DNA from: an uncultured virus (IMG/VR IMGVR_UViG_3300020446_000005)
Taxonomy: Duplodnaviria; Heunggongvirae; Uroviricota; Caudoviricetes
Strand: one strand, 5' to 3'
IMG/VR virus record: IMGVR_UViG_3300020446_000005
DNA: 20,000 nucleotides
Positions 1 to 6,499 of this stretch are shown in pieces (position 1 is the first letter of the stretch; every line of letters starts with the position of its first letter). The position numbers and the translations under genes are program-made. The notes beneath the pieces were generated by a model, which was given only the letters and a program-made list of their open reading frames with translations, did no database searches and was not told the origin of the DNA.

Positions 1-402
1 GTGTTTAAAACTAGCTCCTTCATTATCTATTTTGTAATGAACTAACGACATTTCTTTTTCATCTTGAATTATAAATAATGCTTCTTTTTGAGGATCTAAC
101 TGTTCAGCTCTATTAATTGCTTGTTTCATTACATTTGCAGCACCTTCCATATCTCGTTTATTAAGGTCATCTACTGCTGTAATTAAGTTATCTACGGTAA
201 GGTAAAACATTGATTTTTTCTCATCTTCATGATTAGGAACATAAACCATAGCCCCAGCACCTTCTTTGTTATAAAACCTAAAATAATAATCACACATATC
301 GGCACAAATTCGTTCAATTGTTAATTTATACAGTTTTGACTCATCTTCATTTAATCCTTTACCTATTAATTGATTTAATAGTCTGTTTCTTCTGCTGGTC
401 AT
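1..402 (-). CDS. Hypothetical protein, 3'-truncated by window edge (MTSRRNRLLNQLIGKG...SLVHYKIDNEGASFKH, >=134 aa)
   Basis: Manually translated. ATG at 402 overlaps the TGA of ORF 399..1025 (ATGA) and the frame stays open to base 1. Not in the ORF track. Confidence 0.85.
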   Translation of the reverse strand, partial: MTSRRNRLLNQLIGKGLNEDESKLYKLTIERICADMCDYYFRFYNKEGAGAMVYVPNHEDEKKSMFYLTVDNLITAVDDLNKRDMEGAANVMKQAINRAEQLDPQKEALFIIQDEKEMSLVHYKIDNEGASFKH

Positions 403-1025
403 TTTTTATTTACTGCTTCTACATTCTTATCATTTTTTAGCTTTTTGTCAATTTTTACAAATTTACCAAGTCCTGATTTTCTTAGAGTTTCTAATAGTTT
501 TGGTAAAGGTCTGTATAAAACTACGGCTTTTTGCATATTTCCAATTTTTTTTATTAATTTTCCATTTTCATCTCTCAATTTAGCTAATTCTCCCTGTCTT
601 ATTAAGTACTCAGCAACACATCTGTATCTACGTTTTTCAGCTAAATTTATTTCAGGATATCTATCACATATGGTACTAGTTTTCATATCACTAAAAGTAA
701 TTCTAATTTGATCAGCTAATGAAAGTCCTAAAACTAGATCAGTAGTACTGGTTTCATAACCAGATATTAATTCTAAATATCTTCGTAAATCTGCATTAGA
801 AAAACTTCCTGATGGAGGTATAAATATTTCTACTTGTTCTATTAAAGAGTCACAAAGTTTCTTTTTAAAATTTCTAGTTGTTACGGATGCTATATCTAAA
901 TTTTTAAATCTATAGCTTTGATATGTGTTATCTGGGTCTTTAAGAGGAGCGTAATTAGTAGTATCTAAAATATCTAACCAATCCTCTGTTATTTCTACTG
1001 GCATTTGAGGATCATATCTTTTCAA
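399..1025 (-). CDS. Hypothetical protein (208 aa)
   Basis: Long ORF with TTG start just after an in-frame TAA, coupled to the downstream gene. No recognised family. Confidence 0.8.
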   Translation of the reverse strand: MKRYDPQMPVEITEDWLDILDTTNYAPLKDPDNTYQSYRFKNLDIASVTTRNFKKKLCDSLIEQVEIFIPPSGSFSNADLRRYLELISGYETSTTDLVLGLSLADQIRITFSDMKTSTICDRYPEINLAEKRRYRCVAEYLIRQGELAKLRDENGKLIKKIGNMQKAVVLYRPLPKLLETLRKSGLGKFVKIDKKLKNDKNVEAVNKK

Positions 1026-1090
1026 ATGTTAGCTCACTTTTGTAAATCTTCCCAATGTTCGCTAATATCATTTTAGAAAGAATATTTATT

Positions 1091-1222
1091 ATGCGTCGTC
1101 CAATTACTTATGCGGAGTTAATTCTAATTTTAATTTTTGTACCAATGGTTTGGATTGGAGGTACTAATTTATATGAGTTTGTTTCAGATAGAATCTATAT
1201 AGAAGTAAGACTTAAAAAGTAA
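1091..1222 (+). CDS. Small single-TM protein (MRRPITYAELILILIFVPMVWIGGTNLYEFVSDRIYIEVRLKK, 43 aa)
   Basis: Manually translated. Basic N-terminus plus a hydrophobic helix; the stop at 1222 sits 1 nt before the GTG of the next ORF. Confidence 0.7.
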   Translation: MRRPITYAELILILIFVPMVWIGGTNLYEFVSDRIYIEVRLKK

Positions 1223-1223
1223 C

Positions 1224-1814
1224 GTGGGCGGATCAAAACCTCAACCAAATACAATAATAATGCCTGCTCAGACTCAGCCTCAGCAGTTTCAAACAATAAT
1301 TCCAGAAAAAAGTTATAAAGATCTAGCTGAATCAATGGGACGAATTGAGGCAGAGACTGGAAAGATACAAGATCAAAGATATGACGAAGTAGGAACTCCT
1401 TCTGAAATAGGAGCTAGAGCTAAAGGAACTAATATGTTAGCTGCTGCTGCATATTTATCATCATTACCAAAAGGCACTGGAGACACTAGTTTTCAAACAA
1501 CTCCAAGACCTTTTGATATTACATCAACTAAAGGCACTTTTGAACAAAAACCTGGTCAAACAATTGCAAAAGGCTTTGGTACTTCTACTGGTTCTGGTAC
1601 AGCACCAAAAACTCAATTAGATGCTGTAAAGGATGCAGCAAAACAAAATTTAGATAATGCCAAAAAAGATTATTTAGACGCTGTGAAATTAGCTAAAACT
1701 AAGGGAAGACCAAAACCAACAATAACTAAAAATCCTTCATTTGCTAATCAAGATCCTAAAGATTTCTTGCCAAAAAGATATAATCCAGAAACTGGTAATA
1801 TGGATATTGTTTAA
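1224..1814 (+). CDS. Hypothetical protein (196 aa), possibly virion-associated
   Basis: ORF track. MGGSKP start and G/T/A/K-rich low-complexity composition; the virion role is a guess. Confidence 0.7.
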   Translation: MGGSKPQPNTIIMPAQTQPQQFQTIIPEKSYKDLAESMGRIEAETGKIQDQRYDEVGTPSEIGARAKGTNMLAAAAYLSSLPKGTGDTSFQTTPRPFDITSTKGTFEQKPGQTIAKGFGTSTGSGTAPKTQLDAVKDAAKQNLDNAKKDYLDAVKLAKTKGRPKPTITKNPSFANQDPKDFLPKRYNPETGNMDIV

Positions 1815-2485
1815 GTTATAGTTCCAAAATCTAAAGAAGATTCTGCATTATCACTTACTAAACCAAAATTTATACTTTCAGTTACTGTTTCTTTTACAAA
1901 ACGCCAATCCAAAACAGAAACATTTAAACTTATAGAATAATTTGTTTCAAGATATCTAATATCATTTGTAATTAAAAATAAATATTCACCTCTATCTAAA
2001 CTTGTTTTTGGAAAATCTGTCTGTAAAACTCCATTATCATCATCAAGATAATCAATAGCACTTTCTTTATGGACATAACCATCGTTATTTATTGGTAACT
2101 CTTCTCTTCTACCATCTTCTAATATTTGGTAAAAAGCTAATAAAGTATTTCTATTAGTATTTTCTTCATATGAAAACTGAGAAAAATCCTGTGTAAATTG
2201 AATTGTTCGCGGTTTTTGTAAACTTATTTTATAAAAAGTCGTTTGTTTTCTAGTTAGACCACCATGAGTATTTCTTATCGTAAATGATTTAAATATAGAT
2301 GAAAAATCACCTAAATCTATTGGATTATTTAAATTATCACCTTGTTCTGCTGGTAATGGGTCAGACCCAAAGTAAGATGTCGGACCATAAGCTGTAGGTC
2401 CACCACCACCAGTAGGATATGTTTCTACTAATCCTAAATTAACGAAGCCTTTATTACTTGGTATTGTAGTTAGGAATCTTGACAT
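1811..2485 (-). CDS. Hypothetical beta-rich protein with possible PPC-like (pre-peptidase C-terminal) beta-sandwich
   Basis: GDNLNNPIDLG...TTFYKISL...LDRGEYLFLI...NYSISL pattern; short C-terminal repeats (SINFGLVS / SLDFGTIT). Confidence 0.6.
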   Translation of the reverse strand: MSRFLTTIPSNKGFVNLGLVETYPTGGGGPTAYGPTSYFGSDPLPAEQGDNLNNPIDLGDFSSIFKSFTIRNTHGGLTRKQTTFYKISLQKPRTIQFTQDFSQFSYEENTNRNTLLAFYQILEDGRREELPINNDGYVHKESAIDYLDDDNGVLQTDFPKTSLDRGEYLFLITNDIRYLETNYSISLNVSVLDWRFVKETVTESINFGLVSDNAESSLDFGTIT

Positions 2486-3606
2486 TTTTGGCAGTTGAGT
2501 TGTTGTCTATTCTTGTAATATTCGAATATGTTGTCATGACTTAGTTTAATCGAGGTAATTTTTTTTGGATAATCATTATCTTTTAATTCTTTTATTGTCA
2601 GATGTTTGGGGTTACAACAAAAAGATTGACAGCTTGGTTTACTAAATATTCTATATTTACCTGTATATCCTCTACTTAGCCAAAAAGCTATTCGTGGTGC
2701 GGATTGTGTCTTACCTGAATGAAAAGGTGAGGGAAAATATGCTGTTGATTCCGTATTATTTTTTCTTGTTGCACCTTTCCAAGGCCAGCAGGAATCTTCA
2801 TCTTTAACCTCTACCTGCTCCCAAAATCTTTTTACCTGCCAATACCATCTAAAGTCAAATTCTCTAACATCAACCAGACATCTTCCTTCTTTTATCTGCT
2901 TCATACAATCTAGACACTCTCCCATAATTCCAAAATTACCCTTATGCTCTTTTGTATTTTTTATGTGCCAAGGGCATTCTAAATTTTGAGTCACAAGAAA
3001 ATTTAATTTATATTTTTTTGATTCTTCTGGAAATGAATGACTTATCTGTTCACAGATTTTAGAGAGATTATCCCAGATTTCTTTTTCATTGTAATCATTT
3101 TTTCTGTCTTCAGCATCCTCATATGTCTCATAAGAACATATTCTTCTAACGGAATGATATGGAAGTCTATAAGTCTTTGATAATTTTCTACTACTTATTC
3201 CTTTCTTACTTTCCTGTCTTAATTTACTTATTAAGAAAGTATCTATACTATTTTCTTTTATAGAAGCACATTCATAAGCTACATCTTTTCTTGTGCCCCA
3301 ATAATAATGACTAGGGTTTAAACAATATGGAGACTGACAAAATCCTTTGCGTACTATTATTGTTTTTTCTTCTTTTGGTATTCTTCCAGTTAAGTAAAGT
3401 AAAAGTTCTCTAGCATCTTTTCCAGAATATAATAATTTATTTTTTTTACTGGTATTAAAACCTTCAAATGCAGAATGTTTTATTTTTTTCATACACCAGC
3501 ATTTTTCTTTTCCAAGTACTTTTAAACCTGTTTTAAAAGCATTTATAAATTTTATTTGGTCATAAGGAGTTAAAAGGTTGTACAGGAAAGGGTTTTCGAT
3601 TTGCAT
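2470..3606 (-). CDS. Tandem HNH/His-Me-finger-like protein with central HTH and Zn-finger; probably nuclease-dead
   Basis: Two copies of CW...CxxxxCxNPxH (CQSPYCLNPSHY; SCWPWKG...CQSFCCNPKHL), an HTH-like segment ISSRKLSKTYRLPYHSVRRI, and CPWH...CLDC. Confidence 0.75.
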   Translation of the reverse strand: MQIENPFLYNLLTPYDQIKFINAFKTGLKVLGKEKCWCMKKIKHSAFEGFNTSKKNKLLYSGKDARELLLYLTGRIPKEEKTIIVRKGFCQSPYCLNPSHYYWGTRKDVAYECASIKENSIDTFLISKLRQESKKGISSRKLSKTYRLPYHSVRRICSYETYEDAEDRKNDYNEKEIWDNLSKICEQISHSFPEESKKYKLNFLVTQNLECPWHIKNTKEHKGNFGIMGECLDCMKQIKEGRCLVDVREFDFRWYWQVKRFWEQVEVKDEDSCWPWKGATRKNNTESTAYFPSPFHSGKTQSAPRIAFWLSRGYTGKYRIFSKPSCQSFCCNPKHLTIKELKDNDYPKKITSIKLSHDNIFEYYKNRQQLNCQKCQDS

Positions 3607-3638
3607 GTGAGTAGGGGGTGGTGTGATTTTTAGTATAG

Positions 3639-3853
3639 ATCCCTTTTATAGCAATGGCAATCATTGAACACCCAAAACCTAATTTTTTTTGCCTATTTTA
3701 TTTACTTCTAAGGAAGATGAGGTTAGGTATGTGACTGTTAAATTTTATATATACACTCTTTTACCTATCCTCAACATATACGTAGCCGAGTAAAACCGCT
3801 ATTTTTTTTACGAATTTGGGTGTTCATAGTAAACTTCAATTATAAAAAGGGAT
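3639..3853. repeat. Long imperfect dyad with three inverted motif pairs symmetric about 3745/3746
   Basis: CCCTTTTATA 3641-3650 / TATAAAAAGG 3841-3850 (9/10); TGAACACCCAAA 3665-3676 / TTTGGGTGTTCA 3815-3826 (12/12); TGAGGTTAGGTA 3718-3729 / TACCTATCCTCA 3762-3773 (11/12). Spacers are 14 and 41 nt on both arms. Confidence 0.85.
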
Positions 3854-3888
3854 TTTAAGAATTATTTTTATAAAAAAACAATAACCAT

Positions 3889-3912
3889 ACCTTTAAGTCT
3901 ATATTTAAAGGT
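3889..3912. repeat. Short inverted repeat ACCTTTAA-N8-TTAAAGGT
   Basis: Perfect 8-bp arms in the intergenic region. Confidence 0.55.
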
Positions 3913-4054
3913 CATAATTAAAAAAAATATGGTAGTAGGGGTAGGTATTTGATTGTATATTTTAAATAAAAATAATATACAAGCTCTTTCTAACCTCAAT
4001 AGTCAAGTAGTTTTGTAAGTGGTAAAATAAAAAAAAGTAAAAATTTTTAATAAA

Positions 4055-4288
4055 ATGACAAATTATGCTGGCTTTGATCAGTCTGGATTAGAAATGAATG
4101 CTGATCTAGGTGATCCGCGTAGACAATCTAAATTACCAGGTGGATATGCAACTCAAGGTCAGGCAGTATCTGCACCTTATGCAGAAGCTAATATGAAAGC
4201 TGCAGAAAAAACAAACCCTATGAATGCAAAGTCTCAAGAAACACCTGTAGGAGATAGGGTTAATGAGTTTTTAAATAGGGTTACTTAA
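4055..4288 (+). CDS. Hypothetical protein (77 aa)
   Basis: ORF track; first gene of the plus-strand block and abuts the next ORF. Confidence 0.75.
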   Translation: MTNYAGFDQSGLEMNADLGDPRRQSKLPGGYATQGQAVSAPYAEANMKAAEKTNPMNAKSQETPVGDRVNEFLNRVT

Positions 4289-4471
4289 ATGGGAGATAAT
4301 GATTTTCCAGCAGTTATGGCAAATGGGGGAAAAAGTTTTTTAGATGGCTATATGAAAAGAAAGGATCTGTATAGTCAATCGGGTACGAGTATTCCTGACT
4401 TGTCAATTGAAAGAGATTTTGAACAAGAATTAGGAAAACCAGCAATAGAAACGGTAAAAATTCGTAGATAA
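4289..4471 (+). CDS. Hypothetical protein (60 aa)
   Basis: ORF track; ATG immediately follows the previous TAA. Confidence 0.7.
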   Translation: MGDNDFPAVMANGGKSFLDGYMKRKDLYSQSGTSIPDLSIERDFEQELGKPAIETVKIRR

Positions 4472-4509
4472 AGAGCGTTTAAAATTAATCTATATATTAC
4501 AAGATATAG

Positions 4510-5289
4510 ATGTCACAAACAGAAGTACAACTGATTAAAAACAACGCAGTTGTAGAAGCTGATATAGCAAATGATGCTGTGACGAGGGATAAGATAAATG
4601 TAGTTTCTACTTCATCCGCACCTGGAATTGAAATCAAAGGTGATGATGGCTCTCAAGAGGGTTATCTACAACTTAATTGCCGTGTGAATAGTCATGGAGT
4701 AAAGATACAATCTCCGCCACACAGTGCCTCTCAATCTTATAAAATTATCCTTCCAGATAACCAGATTGCTGCCGATAAGGTTTTAAAGGTAAAGAGTATT
4801 ACCGGATCAGGCTCTACTGCTACGGGACAATTGGAGTTTGCAGATGCTCCTGGTGGGGGTAAGGTTATTCAAGTTATTCATAAGTCAGCTAGTGGATCAG
4901 CAAGTACTTCGTCAGGTAGTTATCAAGATTATTCTGATTTAACTCAAGCCATAACTCTTTCCAATTCTTCTAATAAAGTATTAGTTTCGCTTGATGTGCA
5001 ATGGCAAGCTTATGGTGGTGATGACAGAAGAATAGAAGTAAGACTGTATCACACCTCTATATCTGATTCAAATGCAATTACACAAAATGCAGGAGGGGAA
5101 TACAAATCTGGTAGTAGTAATTCTTATAGTTTTGGTACAATAAATCAATTTGTATTAGATGTACCAGGCTCAACTTCAAGAACTTATAAAGTAGGTTATA
5201 GAAGTATAGATGGCAGTGACGTAGGGCTACAAGGTGAAAGCTCTGGTAGAAGTAGATCTACTTTAACTTTAATGGAGATATCAGCATAA
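4510..5289 (+). CDS. Tail-fibre-like structural protein
   Basis: IANDAVTRDKI repeat and a C-terminal GGGKVIQV...NKVLV...TYKV...STLTLMEISA beta domain, as in marine phage fibre proteins. Confidence 0.7.
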   Translation: MSQTEVQLIKNNAVVEADIANDAVTRDKINVVSTSSAPGIEIKGDDGSQEGYLQLNCRVNSHGVKIQSPPHSASQSYKIILPDNQIAADKVLKVKSITGSGSTATGQLEFADAPGGGKVIQVIHKSASGSASTSSGSYQDYSDLTQAITLSNSSNKVLVSLDVQWQAYGGDDRRIEVRLYHTSISDSNAITQNAGGEYKSGSSNSYSFGTINQFVLDVPGSTSRTYKVGYRSIDGSDVGLQGESSGRSRSTLTLMEISA

Positions 5290-5600
5290 TGGCTAATCTG
5301 GATCACCCAGCAGTTAGGAAGGCATATCCTAATGTTGTAACTATTGATGATGGAACAGGTGCGTTTGATAAAAATGGTAAATCTGTAACTTTACAACAAA
5401 GCAAAATAGATGCTGCTAGAGCAACATTAGATGCTGAAGCTGCTGCAATAGCTTATAAATCTGTTAGACAACCTTTATATCCATCTTTAGGTGATTTTGC
5501 AGATGCTATGTATTGGAATAGTAAAGGAGATTCGACTAAACTAGAAGCATATTACGCTGCCTGTGAAAAGGTAAAAGCTGACAACCCAAAGCCTAGTTAG
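5289..5600 (+). CDS. Putative tail-fibre assembly/chaperone-like protein
   Basis: TAATG-coupled to the fibre gene; YKSVRQPLYPSLGDFADAMYW...VKADNPKP C-terminus typical of fibre-adjacent small proteins. Confidence 0.6.
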   Translation: MANLDHPAVRKAYPNVVTIDDGTGAFDKNGKSVTLQQSKIDAARATLDAEAAAIAYKSVRQPLYPSLGDFADAMYWNSKGDSTKLEAYYAACEKVKADNPKPS

Positions 5601-5647
5601 AAGATTAGTCAATTTAAAATACTTATATAAAAAAGATATTTTTTTAG

Positions 5648-6499
5648 ATGGCATACATAGGACCAGAGCCTAAACTTGGGCGTAATAGAGAAGTAGATGA
5701 TATTTCTGGTAGTTTTAATGGAAGTACAACTGCATTTACTCTTCAGGTAGGAGGTTCTAATGTATCTCCAGGAACTGCTAATGATATTACTGTGAGTCTT
5801 GGAGGTGTTATACAAAATCCGAATAATGATTATACAATAGCAGCCAGCACTATTACATTTACTACGGCTCCAGCAAGTGGATTGAGTTTTTTTGCCGTAG
5901 TTTTAGGGCAAGGTATTGACTCAGATGTGGGAACTCCATCTGATGGATCAGTCACAACTGTAAAGTTAGTCAACGATGCAGTGACGGCAGCAAAATTAGC
6001 CAAGCCAATAGATTTAGCAGATAACGAGAAGATAAGATTTGGAACGGGAAATGATCTTGAGATATTTCACAATTCGAGCAACTCTGTAATTAATGATGCA
6101 GGCACAGGAGATTTGTTACTTCAGTTAGGAGGATCAACTAAGTTTCAGGTAGCCAGTGGAGGAGTAGCACTTACAGGAGGAGCTGCAGCAAATATCACAG
6201 CACTATCAGATGGAGCAACAATAACAATTGACATGGCTACAGCCTGTCATCATTCAGTAACACTAGGTGGTAATAGAACATTCGCAGCACCAAGTAATCA
6301 GGCAGTAGGTCAGGCAGGTTCGATATTTATTACACAAGATGGTACTGGGTCTAGGACTGCATCATTCAATAGTGCATTTAAATTTGTAGGAGGATCTGCA
6401 CCAACACTAACTACGGGAGCAGGATTGACAGATAGGATCGATTACATCATAAAAAGCAGCAATGTAATTCATTGTGCAGTTTCATTGGATGTTAAGTAA
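5648..6499 (+). CDS. Tail-fibre/virion structural protein
   Basis: MAYIG start, FNGSTTAFTL and ITFTTAP motifs, LVNDAVTAAKLA, DNEKIRFGTGNDLEIFH repeat, HSVTLGGNRT...ITQDGTGSRT C-terminal domain. Confidence 0.75.
   Translation: MAYIGPEPKLGRNREVDDISGSFNGSTTAFTLQVGGSNVSPGTANDITVSLGGVIQNPNNDYTIAASTITFTTAPASGLSFFAVVLGQGIDSDVGTPSDGSVTTVKLVNDAVTAAKLAKPIDLADNEKIRFGTGNDLEIFHNSSNSVINDAGTGDLLLQLGGSTKFQVASGGVALTGGAAANITALSDGATITIDMATACHHSVTLGGNRTFAAPSNQAVGQAGSIFITQDGTGSRTASFNSAFKFVGGSAPTLTTGAGLTDRIDYIIKSSNVIHCAVSLDVK

Noticed and set aside
445..711. 88-aa plus-strand ORF
   Set aside because: Antisense shadow inside the longer coupled ORF 399..1025.
3639..3853. Dyad as a protelomerase target or transposon terminal inverted repeats
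   Set aside because: The centre is not a perfect palindrome, and no protelomerase, transposase or target-site duplication is evident in the window.
5609..5815. 68-aa minus-strand ORF
   Set aside because: Antisense to the well-supported fibre gene 5648..6499.
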